Assembly: GCA_000146045.2 (NCBI GenBank)
Contig: BK006948.2
Location: 992,001-1,056,000 of the forward strand
Source of the DNA: TPA_inf: Saccharomyces
Lineage: Eukaryota
Length of the DNA stretch: 64,000 nucleotides
Reading direction: 5' to 3'
Part shown: positions 11,674 through 23,360 of the stretch, in pieces
Position numbering within the stretch: the first letter of the stretch is position 1
Layout of the letters: each line of letters opens with the position of its first letter
The notes under the pieces: model-generated
Seen by the model: only the letters and a program-made list of their open reading frames with translations
Databases searched by the model: none
Told to the model about the DNA's origin: nothing
Translations under genes and position numbers: made by a program

Positions 11674-13136
11674 AATGGTATTCTTTTCCGCTTGGCTCTA
11701 CACAATGTTTATTAAGCTGAGCGTCGGTGTTTCCGATTTGGACCGTTTGACTTTCTTTTTGGACTGGTTTTCTTTTTTAGTACGAGGTGTACGGACAAAA
11801 GATACTAACGGACAAAACGCGGTTGCAACTGAAATTTTTTTTTCACTATTTTCGTAGGGCACATTGGTGTAAATATATATATATATACTCAAGGTTCATC
11901 TCGTTTTTTTTAATATTCTTGTTCCTTACTCTTGATCATACGTAGAATGTATGTCTTTATCCTGAAAGTAAAGAAAGGATTATACAATGCTGAAATGTTA
12001 GTACTAAATATGAGCATACAATCACTTGTTGTTCACTAGTTCAACGAGTTTCATTCATATTCAACTCACGCAAGGGATTATGGAAGAAGAATCCTTTTTA
12101 TGAAAGGGAAAAAAAACCGAAATACTATGTTAACTGCTTCCAACGCTCTATACTAATGCGCATGAAGATTTTACTTGCGAATCAAACTGATTCGCACGCA
12201 ATATCTAAGTCTGCTATACCTACCTTACATCTCGCCGTATGTTATGGGTGCAAGGGTGTTTTTTTTTTTTTATATTTTTTTTGTTTGGGGTTTTCGATAC
12301 TTTGTGAAGGAACGACGCAGAAAAAAACGAAAATCATACGCCCGATGAAATTTTTGATAAGAAAATTTTCTGAAAACCCATGCGATGAGAAGTCAAAAAT
12401 TTTTCTTCTTCTCCTTTTCTTGTACTTTTATCCCGGCTAGTTCTTTTTCTAAAATTTTCATATTCCAGTCCAATATTTTACTTCATTTTTTTTTTCTGTT
12501 CTCGCTTGGCTTGATTTAATTTTTTACGTAGGTTTTTTTTACACGATATTGTTTGTATTATCAGTATTCCCTTCAAGCTCCCCTTTTTTTTATCAATTAA
12601 GGTTCTTGGTAATTTCTATTTCTGAAAAACCAAAAACAAAAAGTCATTGATTGACTATTTGACTCAAATTACCAAAATCATAACTTTTCTTTTCAGCATT
12701 CCATTATTGAAGGCTTTAAAATAATAGTTTCTTTTTTCCTATTATTTTATTTTTTCCTTTACATTGGAATACATTTTATTTTGAGTTTTAATTTTTTTTA
12801 TTTTCTATTCCATTGTTTTTTATTTGCTTTGGACTGCCCTTTTCGTAATAATTTCCCTTTTTACCCTATTTTAGTCACTTCTGTGTCAGCAAGCGGGATT
12901 ATATAAAGAAACGTTAGCAGAAACAATATCAGCAAAATAGAAAATAAACGGGCAATCAATCAATAACTACAGAAATATTGGGAGGTTTTAACTAATTTTT
13001 CCAGGATATTTCAACTTTTCATAAATCAAATTTTTTTTACTTTTTTTTTTGCTTTGCTATAGTATTTTAGAAAAGGACAAAAAAATACGAAAAAAGACAA
13101 AAAACCATATAAAAAAATTGATTAGAAGAACTTATA

Positions 13137-14705
13137 ATGGCATTGGCAAATTCCAGACCTTTGCAAATACCAACTTTAGAGAATGAAATTCTTCATAACT
13201 CAAATTCTCCAGTATTTCAGTTGAATTCAATGGGATTTACAACTAGAGCTGACACTATTTCGAATCCAGGCACGGATCTTATCGGCAACCAGCCAGGCAT
13301 GGCCCTTGATGATAATAATTTGGCCGGTTCTTCGTTTTCCTCATCTCAGGAAATAAAAGCTACCAAACCTAAGAAGGACTTTGGTGCTCCCAAAAAAGAC
13401 AATCCATTATTAGAAATTTCTAAGCTAATACCTGTTACTGGTGAGAGGCCAAAACCCGAAAATAGAGACTCCCCTCTGGATGATGACGTTCTTCACGCAG
13501 TTTTTTTAATATTATGGGAAATGGATCCGAATCAACAAGGCATGACCGTCAAACAACTGTGTGACTTGCTTTTGCAAAAACATCCAGATATGTCCAATTT
13601 ATCAACCAAGTTGTCAAATTTAATTTCCGCAAAACTGAACGCTTATGTTAAAAAAATTGAAAAAGGTGAGAAAACGTTAACTTATGCTTTATCAAGGGAA
13701 TGGTCTAATTCATCTCCTAGAAGGATGCTCTATATATACAGAGGCATATTATCTCCCGATTACAAGGAGCATGCTCAAGCTGTTACGATGCAACTTAAAC
13801 AACAATTGGAGACCTCCGGTGATACAAGCGACTTTAATTCAAATGGCAAGAAAAAAAGGGAGTCCAGCAGTAACCAGCTAGTTAACAATGACAGTTATTC
13901 AAGTTCTATGACGGACATGAAAAATATGTCTTCTAACAGTTCCTTCTCAAAAAATTTGAATGTAGGGAATCTGGCCTTTTCATTAAGTCCAGAATTCAAC
14001 ATACCTTATTCCACTTCTCCAGTGTCACTAAATCTTTCCCCATCGATGAGTAATAATCAGCAACAATTACTGACACCTAATTCGGCATCGAAGAGTAAAA
14101 ACAATAATAAAAAAAGAAATTACATGGATGAAGATACTAACGAGTCAATGACCGAGCCAAAGAAAACCAAAACTACTAAACCTGGCAAACAAACAAAATC
14201 CCAATCTTTATCAGTTTTATCCACCCCCAAAAAGGGTTCCTCTGCATCTCTTTCTACATTTGCAAGCTCCAAGAATATTTCGCCAGATTCTTCTCTGTCG
14301 CATAATGCATCGTCAAATACTTATGTTACTGCCGCTGCCGCTGCACCAAGGCTTTCTAAGCTTTTGCCGAAAAATGGGTTTAAGAAAAATTCACGTAGCT
14401 CTTCTGAACTGGCTGCTATCCATAAAGTAATCTCTACACAGACTCCAATTGAGAGCTCTTCAGAGAGCTCTCAATATAACAGTAGTAGTAGTTCACCAGT
14501 TAATAGTGCAGCTGCTTCTTCTGCTGAATCTTTATCCGACATCAATTCCAGTCAGGATAACGGAAGAGAATCAAACCCAAGTTCCCAAGAATCACGAAAC
14601 GAAGTTACGAATTGGATGAAAATTGTGAGAAATGGATTTTTGACACATGATATTGAATCTCCTGAATCAATCACATTAGATGACCTAGAAAATATATTCA
14701 ATTGA
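13137..14705 (+). CDS. GDS1: Ser/Asn-rich low-complexity protein Gds1 (522 aa)
   Basis: ATG at 13137; 522 aa. Long Ser-rich low-complexity region. Long T-rich upstream region. Matches YOR355W. Confidence 0.75.
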   Translation: MALANSRPLQIPTLENEILHNSNSPVFQLNSMGFTTRADTISNPGTDLIGNQPGMALDDNNLAGSSFSSSQEIKATKPKKDFGAPKKDNPLLEISKLIPVTGERPKPENRDSPLDDDVLHAVFLILWEMDPNQQGMTVKQLCDLLLQKHPDMSNLSTKLSNLISAKLNAYVKKIEKGEKTLTYALSREWSNSSPRRMLYIYRGILSPDYKEHAQAVTMQLKQQLETSGDTSDFNSNGKKKRESSSNQLVNNDSYSSSMTDMKNMSSNSSFSKNLNVGNLAFSLSPEFNIPYSTSPVSLNLSPSMSNNQQQLLTPNSASKSKNNNKKRNYMDEDTNESMTEPKKTKTTKPGKQTKSQSLSVLSTPKKGSSASLSTFASSKNISPDSSLSHNASSNTYVTAAAAAPRLSKLLPKNGFKKNSRSSSELAAIHKVISTQTPIESSSESSQYNSSSSSPVNSAAASSAESLSDINSSQDNGRESNPSSQESRNEVTNWMKIVRNGFLTHDIESPESITLDDLENIFN

Positions 14706-15220
14706 TTTTTATCTCCCTTTACAAGAGCATAACGGCTGCTCTACACCTATGTCGTTGTTTTTTTTTATCAACTAATAATATGTGTTCCTCTCATTTGGAC
14801 AATTTTTAGCTAGTTCTAACTTTCACTACAATATTTAAATAAATAAACAACCATAAATAAATAAATGAAAAACAACTAAACCGTTAGAGGTGGACTAATT
14901 TACTGTTAATGACAGTAATTTTTTTTTTTTTGGCTGTTTTCGGTTATTCCGGATATATATGGATTGATCTTCATTTACCCCACAGTTAGTTTATCCGAAA
15001 TTTGCGGGAAGCTTTATTTTTTGTTACCAATGGATCGCGATTTGCCATGACTGTAGAAAAGAAAAGGTTAACTGAAAAATTCAACTTTTTCAAGCGGACT
15101 GAGTAGTAGTGGTCCCCACTTAATTAATTTATTCAATACGTTATATACTTACTGTTACTTCAGGCCACATAAAAGAACAAACTTAAGCTAGACAGGAAAA
15201 TCCACTCTGGGAAAGGGAAA

Positions 15221-17116
15221 ATGATTAAGTTCACTAACGAGAACTTAATTAGAGGGATCCGAATGACGATTTCCGCAAAATCTCGTCATTTGGCTCTAGG
15301 GACAGATATGACGAGAAAGTTTAGCTTGTCGTGTAGGTTTTTGAACAAAGCAAATCTTACTGAAGAAGAGAAAGAGTTGTTAAATGAACCAAGGGCGCGC
15401 GACTATGTGGATGTTTGTATAGTTGGAGGAGGGCCTGCGGGATTAGCAACAGCAATCAAATTAAAACAGTTAGACAATTCGTCAGGAACAGGCCAATTGC
15501 GTGTCGTTGTTCTTGAAAAATCCAGTGTATTGGGTGGACAAACTGTTTCCGGCGCTATATTGGAACCGGGAGTGTGGAAAGAACTATTCCCTGATGAAAA
15601 GTCTGACATTGGCATTCCGTTACCAAAGGAGTTAGCTACGTTGGTAACTAAAGAACATTTGAAATTTTTAAAGGGGAAATGGGCGATCAGCGTTCCAGAA
15701 CCATCTCAAATGATCAATAAAGGACGTAATTATATTGTCTCTTTGAACCAAGTCGTCGGATATTTAGGAGAAAAGGCAGAAGAAGTAGGAGTTGAAGTTT
15801 ACCCCGGAATAGCTGTCTCGGATCTCATATATGATGAAAACAACGCCGTTAAGGGTGTAATTACTAAAGATGCTGGTATTTCGAAGTCCGGTAAGCCTAA
15901 GGAAACCTTCGAACGTGGGATGGAATTTTGGGCTAGACAAACTGTATTAGCAGAGGGCTGTCATGGTTCCTTAACAAAACAAGCCTTGGCAAAATATGAT
16001 TTAAGAAAAGGCAGACAGCACCAAACTTATGGATTAGGTATTAAAGAAGTTTGGGAAGTCAAGCCGGAGAATTTTAACAAGGGATTTGCAGCTCATACCA
16101 TGGGGTACCCGTTGACAAATGATGTTTATGGCGGTGGTTTCCAGTACCATTTTGGTGATGGGCTGGTCACTGTGGGCCTTGTCGTGGGGTTAGATTATAA
16201 GAATCCCTATGTTTCACCTTACAAAGAGTTTCAAAAGATGAAACATCATCCATACTATTCAAAAGTTTTAGAAGGAGGTAAGTGTATCGCTTATGCTGCA
16301 AGAGCATTGAATGAAGGTGGACTGCAATCTGTACCCAAGTTGAATTTCCCTGGTGGTGTTTTGGTAGGGGCTAGCGCGGGTTTCATGAACGTTCCAAAGA
16401 TCAAGGGTACTCATACTGCGATGAAGAGTGGATTACTTGCCGCTGAAAGTATCTTTGAGTCCATAAAAGGGTTACCTGTCTTAGAAGAGGTTGAAGACGA
16501 AGACGCCAAAATGGCTATGTTTGATAAGGAGGCAACTATTAACTTGGAATCATATGAAAGTGCATTCAAAGAATCATCGATATATAAGGAACTATACGAA
16601 GTGCGTAATATTAGACCGTCCTTCAGCGGGAAACTTGGTGGATATGGTGGTATGATCTACTCTGGAATCGATTCTTTGATATTGAAGGGAAAAGTTCCGT
16701 GGACACTGAAATTTGATGAAAAAAATGACGGTGAAATTTTGGAACCTGCTTCCAAGTACAAACCGATAGAATACCCCAAGCCTGATGGTGTGATATCCTT
16801 TGATATATTGACCTCCGTGTCTAGAACCGGAACCTACCATGATGATGATGAACCATGTCACTTGAGGGTTCCTGGACAAGATATGGTAAAGTACGCCGAG
16901 AGAAGCTTTCCCGTTTGGAAAGGTGTTGAATCGAGGTTCTGCCCAGCAGGTGTCTACGAATTCGTCAAAGATGAAAAATCGCCTGTGGGTACGAGACTGC
17001 AAATCAATTCACAAAATTGTATCCATTGCAAGACCTGTGATATTAAGGCGCCCAGACAAGATATTACTTGGAAAGTACCCGAAGGTGGAGATGGACCAAA
17101 GTACACGCTAACTTAA
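15221..17116 (+). CDS. CIR2: Mitochondrial electron-transfer flavoprotein:ubiquinone oxidoreductase (ETF-QO) homologue (631 aa)
   Basis: FAD-binding GGGPAG motif near the N-terminus. C-terminal Fe-S ligands (FCPAGVY ... NCIHCKTCDIKAP) typical of ETF-QO. Confidence 0.9.
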   Translation: MIKFTNENLIRGIRMTISAKSRHLALGTDMTRKFSLSCRFLNKANLTEEEKELLNEPRARDYVDVCIVGGGPAGLATAIKLKQLDNSSGTGQLRVVVLEKSSVLGGQTVSGAILEPGVWKELFPDEKSDIGIPLPKELATLVTKEHLKFLKGKWAISVPEPSQMINKGRNYIVSLNQVVGYLGEKAEEVGVEVYPGIAVSDLIYDENNAVKGVITKDAGISKSGKPKETFERGMEFWARQTVLAEGCHGSLTKQALAKYDLRKGRQHQTYGLGIKEVWEVKPENFNKGFAAHTMGYPLTNDVYGGGFQYHFGDGLVTVGLVVGLDYKNPYVSPYKEFQKMKHHPYYSKVLEGGKCIAYAARALNEGGLQSVPKLNFPGGVLVGASAGFMNVPKIKGTHTAMKSGLLAAESIFESIKGLPVLEEVEDEDAKMAMFDKEATINLESYESAFKESSIYKELYEVRNIRPSFSGKLGGYGGMIYSGIDSLILKGKVPWTLKFDEKNDGEILEPASKYKPIEYPKPDGVISFDILTSVSRTGTYHDDDEPCHLRVPGQDMVKYAERSFPVWKGVESRFCPAGVYEFVKDEKSPVGTRLQINSQNCIHCKTCDIKAPRQDITWKVPEGGDGPKYTLT

Positions 17117-17223
17117 TCACAGGATTCATTATTTATTTAATTATTTTATTCATTATTTATTTAAATTTTTCTATTCATTCTTTTATATAATCTATATTAT
17201 TTATTCACGTAAAAGAGTTCTTT

Positions 17224-17712
17224 TCAGCCGACAAACTTTTCAGCTTCAATGAACCTCACGAGAACTTTAGAACCAGATTGTAAAAGCGGGTGCCCGGCTA
17301 CCGATTGCATCCAGGTATTCAAACCTTGTCTCCTCTCTTCAATGACTTCGTTACTAAATCTATTACTCAAGAGAATTTTACCCGGTAAATGAGGTACCAT
17401 GACTTTTGGGTGATTAAGCATAGAAATTTCCTTGATCAAGCATTTGCGGAAGAATTCAAAGTCTGAGTATCGTCTCCTTACTTTCGATACCCTCTTGTGA
17501 AAACTTGGCAAGTTTGTACGGCATATTATTTCGTAATCTGTAAACATCCCCTTCGAATCCATCCCATTTGGTATATGAGTTTTAGGGTTGTGCACCTCAA
17601 TCTCTAAAAAGTTCTCAGGCTCAGCGTATATTTCGCTGTAACTAGGCTCTCCATGTCCTTTTGACAGCAAAGACTTTTCTGTAGACCCAAAGGATTTGAA
17701 TTCTCTTGGCAT
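17224..17712 (-). CDS. SNX3: Sorting nexin 3 with PX domain (162 aa)
   Basis: ATG at 17710-17712. PX-domain signature (RRYSDFEFFRKCL ... PGK). Confidence 0.9.
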   Translation of the reverse strand: MPREFKSFGSTEKSLLSKGHGEPSYSEIYAEPENFLEIEVHNPKTHIPNGMDSKGMFTDYEIICRTNLPSFHKRVSKVRRRYSDFEFFRKCLIKEISMLNHPKVMVPHLPGKILLSNRFSNEVIEERRQGLNTWMQSVAGHPLLQSGSKVLVRFIEAEKFVG

Positions 17713-18160
17713 ACTTTGTGTAGATGCGTACCGCTTCTCAGCTGTTCTTGCCGTCCTCTTTTATGCAGTATTAAGATCCGTTTTAATCCATTCATTCATT
17801 GCAGGTTTACATATCAATACATATCACTTAGTACGTGATAGTGCCCAAAGCTATCCTCGAGTTCACTTATGCAATTCTGAGCACCCCATAGCCAAGTCCT
17901 CATAGTAAATCATGGTCCCTCCTAGCGCAATACTTACTAGAGTGTAGAAATCCCGAAATGTCAAAATCGAAGAGTGTTGTGCTCCCTTTTCCGTAGTTAA
18001 ACTTAAATTTGCGTGGGACGGCTCCCTTAAGATTGCTTCCGGAGATTAAGCTTCCTTAGCTGCTATAATACCGCGTAAGCAAAGAAGAAGAATAGAGGGG
18101 AATAGGAGATAATGTAAGAGTTGTGACGCATTTGCAGCATCAGGATTGTTTACTCGCATA

Positions 18161-18889
18161 ATGACTGATAGGAATTTCTCACCACAACAAGGACAAGGAC
18201 CTCAAGAATCGCTCCCGGAGGGACCGCAACCCAGTACGATGATTCAGAGAGAGGAAATGAATATGCCAAGGCAATATTCAGAACAGCAACAACTGCAAGA
18301 AAACGAAGGGGAAGGGGAAAATACGAGGCTACCTGTTTCTGAGGAAGAGTTCCGGATGGTACAGGAGTTGCAAGCTATCCAGGCGGGCCATGACCAAGCT
18401 AATCTACCGCCAAGTGGTCGAGGATCGCTTGAAGGCGAAGATAATGGAAACAGCGACGGCGCAGACGGAGAAATGGACGAGGACGATGAAGAGTATGATG
18501 TGTTTAGGAACGTTGGTCAGGGATTGGTGGGCCACTACAAGGAGATAATGATCCGTTATTGGCAAGAATTAATCAACGAGATCGAGTCTACGAATGAACC
18601 TGGTTCCGAGCATCAAGATGACTTCAAATCACATTCCTTACCATTTGCGAGAATCCGCAAGGTCATGAAGACGGATGAAGATGTCAAGATGATTAGTGCA
18701 GAGGCCCCCATCATTTTCGCCAAAGCCTGTGAGATCTTTATTACAGAACTGACTATGAGAGCTTGGTGCGTGGCAGAAAGGAATAAAAGACGAACTTTGC
18801 AGAAGGCAGATATCGCAGAGGCCCTGCAAAAGAGTGACATGTTTGACTTTCTCATCGATGTTGTGCCTAGAAGACCTCTTCCACAATGA
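18161..18889 (+). CDS. HAP5: CCAAT-binding complex subunit with NF-YC-like histone fold (242 aa)
   Basis: Track start at 18146 is TTG; ATG at 18161 gives 242 aa. Histone-fold region [43 protein letters not shown]. Confidence 0.9.
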   Translation: MTDRNFSPQQGQGPQESLPEGPQPSTMIQREEMNMPRQYSEQQQLQENEGEGENTRLPVSEEEFRMVQELQAIQAGHDQANLPPSGRGSLEGEDNGNSDGADGEMDEDDEEYDVFRNVGQGLVGHYKEIMIRYWQELINEIESTNEPGSEHQDDFKSHSLPFARIRKVMKTDEDVKMISAEAPIIFAKACEIFITELTMRAWCVAERNKRRTLQKADIAEALQKSDMFDFLIDVVPRRPLPQ

Positions 18890-19188
18890 GAGAGTTAATG
18901 GTTATACAGCTGCCATTTGACCGTGCACCACAGCAAATTATCTGTTGGAAAAAGAAAAAACGCAAATTTTTTTCATTATTTTTTTCCAGAATAAGTTTGG
19001 TAGCAAATTGGCGATGAGATATCTAACAACGACTACTACTACTACCATAGGATTGTCTCGAATACATTGTGTTTTGCAGTCACACTGGTACTTCGTCCCT
19101 TGGGCAATCTAGATCACTGTATATACTATAGATATTGTTTTCAGAAGAGAAAAACTGTTCATATAAAGTAATTGTCAGCAAAGAAATC

Positions 19189-19456
19189 ATGAAACATCCG
19201 TATGAGGAATTCCCCACAGGTTCCAAGTCACCATATAACATGTCTAGAGGAGCTCATCCAGGCGCCGTTTTGCTATCACCACAATCTTCTGCCATAAACA
19301 AGAACAATCCGGGCAGCAATTCTGGCAATAACCAGGGCAATTCATCCGTGACCGCGAATGTTTTGTCCCCTCAATCCCATAGTATGTCACTCAATGACAT
19401 GCTTGATCAGCAATCCTTTATGCTAGACACTGCGGGAACCAGGGCTCAGCCGCTCC

Positions 19457-19492
<36 letters not shown>

Positions 19493-20760
19493 CGTCGTTG
19501 CCTTCCCTTAATATTCAAACAGTTTCGTCTACAGCAGCTGGTTCTGCTATCGTTTCCCCCATGATGCAATCTCCAAAGGCGTTGCAATCTACTTTATCTT
19601 CAACATCTATGTATTTGGATTCATTTCAGAGATCTCCAAATAATATTTTGGGTATTCCATCGCAGAGTGGTTCAATTCCTTTGCCGCAATCCCGTCAATC
19701 GCAACAACAGTCTCAATCCCAAAAAAACGATCCGAACATGGGCACCAATTTCAGCCAAGACATCAACCAATTATGTTCTTGGATATCCATGCTGAACAGC
19801 AGCCAACAAAATACTGTAATGGACAATATCCTTTCCATTTTGAATGATGATGTTTTGAAATATACTAAGTTAAAAATAGAGACTTTGACAAACACTCCCT
19901 TCATCTCCCCACCGCTACCTGCAATTGCATCACCTATACCTAATAGGGATGACACACAAATTTTGAATATTGATTCAGTCTTTTCTTCAAGTCCTATAAC
20001 TAATGACCCTGAAAATACCGATAACTTGTTGTATCAAAATTGGTCCCCTCAGCCACATTCAATACCAATTAGCCAACCCATATATGACAACATCACCGAC
20101 GCTAGTCAAAGGTCCAAGTCGGCTGAGCCTCATGTTAATTCAAGCCCAAATCTCATTCCTGTCCAGAAACAATTCAACAACGGTAACAGTACCAAATATA
20201 AAAAGTTGCCATCAGAGAATCCCAACTATCTTTCTCACTCTCTCTCAAGTTCCCATTCTTTTTTCCAACCAAAGAAAAGGTCTAACATGGGAAATGAGTA
20301 CAATTCTCATCACCATCATTCATTGCATCATCCTCTGCATAATACCACCTCATATTTTTCGAATACTTCAAGACCATCAGGAACTGATTTGAATAAGTCC
20401 AACCAGAACGTGTTCAATAATACCATTACGCATCCTAATGCTGGTCCTACAAGTGCCACATCGACATCTACATCATCTAACGGAAACACTCCTTTATCGA
20501 GTAACTCTTCGATGAATCCAAAGAGTTTGACAGACCCCAAGCTACTAAAAAATATACCCATGTGGTTAAAATCGTTAAGACTACACAAGTATTCAGATGC
20601 CTTAAGCGGAACCCCGTGGATCGAATTGATTTACTTAGATGACGAGACTTTAGAAAAAAAAGGCGTTCTTGCCTTGGGTGCAAGGAGAAAATTGTTGAAG
20701 GCTTTTGGAATCGTTATTGATTACAAAGAACGTGATTTAATTGATAGATCTGCTTATTAA
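19189..20760 (+). CDS. VTS1: SAM-domain post-transcriptional regulator Vts1 (523 aa) with internal Q12 tract
   Basis: Track start at 19135 is TTG; ATG at 19189 gives 523 aa. C-terminal SAM domain (WLKSLRLHKYSDAL...). Confidence 0.85.
19456..19491 (+). repeat. (CAG/CAA)12 encoding a Q12 tract inside VTS1
   Basis: 12 consecutive in-frame Gln codons. Confidence 0.95.
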
Positions 20761-21025
20761 ATCTGGCATAATAAAGTTGATTGTCTTGACGTTGCATAAA
20801 GATTTAATTTTTATTTACTTTGCATATACCAACACAGGGAACATATTTCATTTATTTTGTAATTTTAACGTTTTCTTTTATGGAGTTTAATATTTTAGAT
20901 TACACCTGTTTTTGCACCGTTTAATGGCATAAAACTATTTACTTAACTTTTAACTCGGGAAATATGTATCACTATACTAAAAAACATTAATTTAATCAAA
21001 GAAAAATAAATTTAATGTATGTATC

Positions 21026-21044
21026 TATATATATATATATATAT
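21026..21044. repeat. (TA)9 dinucleotide microsatellite in the VTS1/PDE2 convergent 3' region
   Basis: Alternating TA run. Confidence 0.9.
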
Positions 21045-21240
21045 CACTTAAAACAGACAATAGCCATAATCAACTGGGTTATTATTATACAATATTAAAG
21101 GAAGAACGCATATTTGAAAAAAAAATAAAATGGGTAATGAATTTTAGCACAAATACTTCACAAAAGGAAATATACTAGTAGTAAATGTATATATTTATAT
21201 GTTTATACAATGAATGGTACAAGAAATTTTGATATTCTTG

Positions 21241-22821
21241 CTATTGTGGTTTCTTGTGTTTCATCCAGTATTCTTTATTGATTTTGACATTATCGCTTAA
21301 AAATTTTAATCCTGAGAATTTTTGACTTAATGCGTTGAAAAATACTTCAGCAAACGTATTAATGAAAAATATTTGACCGTTTGGAATATGCGGATGGTCT
21401 TTGATAATATCATCAGGGTCTGTTACGTTCACCAAAATATTTTGAATTGATTCCAAATCTTCTTTCGGAGAATCAACATTCTTGTATGAATCGCCAAAAC
21501 AGTCTTGTTCTGGGCGGTGAGCTTTATGAAATGTTTCCAAAAGAGCGCAATCATTAAATTCGAGAGTAATGAGGTATGCCCAACGTGCTGATATTGACAA
21601 GGTTCTCGTCACATTAGAGATGTCTGCAGCTTTAATAATTAGAGATATCAAAGTGATTTGTTTCATTGGGTTTTCATGCATTAATCTATCCTCATACTGA
21701 GAATGCAATGCCATATCTGTGGCCAGAATAGCCTCGGAAATAAAATCAAATTTTTTTTTGGAGATAGATAGCAATTGAGGCCAATGCTCTGATAGCAATT
21801 GTTGAAATAATTCCCTGTGAAAATTCTCCAAGATAGAGACATTTTTGAAATTTTGAGCAACCTCTGATTCACAGTTGCACAATAGTTGATTGTTAGTCCC
21901 AGGATGACCGACATCATGACCTATGGCAGCCATACACAACAGTAATGTTTGTACAGGATTATCTTTAAGAAGATATGTACACAATCGCCATGTGGCTTGC
22001 ATGACATCGATGGCATGCCTAAAATTGTGAAATTTGTTAACTTGATGATAGGATGATTCTAAAGTAAATAGTAGTAGCAGTAACTTATTATCTGCAATGA
22101 GTACTTTTGCATCCTTAGATAACTTTTTGATAAGCGTGAACCCGCACCAAATCAATTCTTGAGTGCTTAATGATAAAGCACAAAAGTCCCAAGTTGATAG
22201 AATGTTCCAATAATGTGATCCCTCTTGAGAAATTTTTTCTATTGGATCTGACAAAAAAGACATAAACTCGATGTTGCGAATTAGCCTTGGCACTGATGCC
22301 TTTCGTAAATGTTGTGCCTTGGAATCATTCAAATGCAATAATAAAGTGTAAATGTTTGCTTCACATGCTTGAGTGGGGACAGAATTCCCATTTACAGTAC
22401 CATAGCTGTTTTTGTTAATACCGTCTGGAGTATCATCATGATGGTGATACATCCAGTGGTTAATTCTCGTTATTCTATTACGACAGATGCTATTTTCACG
22501 CTCAACACATTCAAGACGTTGCAGGTTTTCCTCTCGTGTATGATCTATCGCAGAAATATTGAAAGATGGGAAAAATCGCTTGAATAGAACATCCAATTGT
22601 CGCACAGATAATTGAAATTTTGAAGGGTCATAAAGAACTATAGATACGCCCGTTTCAAAGTTATGGACGTTTGGAAAAGGCGAAACTCTGTCCTTATACA
22701 ATGCTACCATCAGAGAATCCAAATCTTGAAGCTCAATCACTCTATCAAAATAGTGTTCATTCTGTACAATTGTTTGAGATTTCTCAATCTCGTGTATTCC
22801 AATCAGAAAAAGGGTGGACAT
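21241..22821 (-). CDS. PDE2: High-affinity cAMP phosphodiesterase (526 aa)
   Basis: ATG at 22819-22821. Class I PDEase signature HDVGHPGTNN. Confidence 0.9.
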   Translation of the reverse strand: MSTLFLIGIHEIEKSQTIVQNEHYFDRVIELQDLDSLMVALYKDRVSPFPNVHNFETGVSIVLYDPSKFQLSVRQLDVLFKRFFPSFNISAIDHTREENLQRLECVERENSICRNRITRINHWMYHHHDDTPDGINKNSYGTVNGNSVPTQACEANIYTLLLHLNDSKAQHLRKASVPRLIRNIEFMSFLSDPIEKISQEGSHYWNILSTWDFCALSLSTQELIWCGFTLIKKLSKDAKVLIADNKLLLLLFTLESSYHQVNKFHNFRHAIDVMQATWRLCTYLLKDNPVQTLLLCMAAIGHDVGHPGTNNQLLCNCESEVAQNFKNVSILENFHRELFQQLLSEHWPQLLSISKKKFDFISEAILATDMALHSQYEDRLMHENPMKQITLISLIIKAADISNVTRTLSISARWAYLITLEFNDCALLETFHKAHRPEQDCFGDSYKNVDSPKEDLESIQNILVNVTDPDDIIKDHPHIPNGQIFFINTFAEVFFNALSQKFSGLKFLSDNVKINKEYWMKHKKPQ

Positions 22822-23360
22822 ATCAATAGGTTATGTTTTCTTCAATTAAGTAGTAGTGATCTCAAAAAGAATGTCTGGATACTCTAATTAGTGGCTAATA
22901 AAGCGTCAGTGCAAAAGATAAAGAGGGACAACAAAATAATTTAAAAGAAAAACGCAAAATAGTCGGTAACTCGTGCTAAAACCAGTAACGACAGCTAATA
23001 TCAGGAAGATCCCACTTTATCTCAAATTTGCGCTTTTTAGTCCAATCTCTCACAGTGACTATAGTTTTCAATTTGCAAGTATATTCTCTCTAAGCCAATT
23101 TTTCTTCTTTATAATGCCTAAAACAAAAAGAAAAGAGGAAAAATTGTGCCCAGTAAAAAGAAATTCTCGGAGAACAAAAAAAGAAAAGTGCAACTAGAAA
23201 AGGACGCAGGACCCTTTTATAATTTTGTACGAGGAGAGCGACCCCTGCAGATTACAAAGATAATAGAGCCTATTGTAGTATTTATGAATATTAGACTAAT
23301 TCTCATACTTATACTAGATATTGTTGTTAGTTTACATACAAGCCCGTAAGTTCATGAAAT

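Noticed and set aside
11775-11870. GTACGG ... TACTAAC ... TAG arrangement resembling a yeast intron (5' splice site, branch point, 3' AG) in the MSC6-GDS1 intergenic region
   Set aside because: No exon-like ORF flanks it on either strand. GTACGG is not a canonical 5' splice site (GTATGT). TACTAAC is expected about 8 times by chance in 64 kb on two strands.
14941-15008. CGG/CCG triplet pairs upstream of CIR2 (CGG-N5-CCG at 14941-51; CCG-N7-CGG near 14996-15008) suggestive of Zn2Cys6 sites
   Set aside because: The spacings do not match any well-defined Zn-cluster factor class (ORE needs N15-18; Leu3 N4; Ppr1 N6; Gal4 N11). CGG triplets are frequent.
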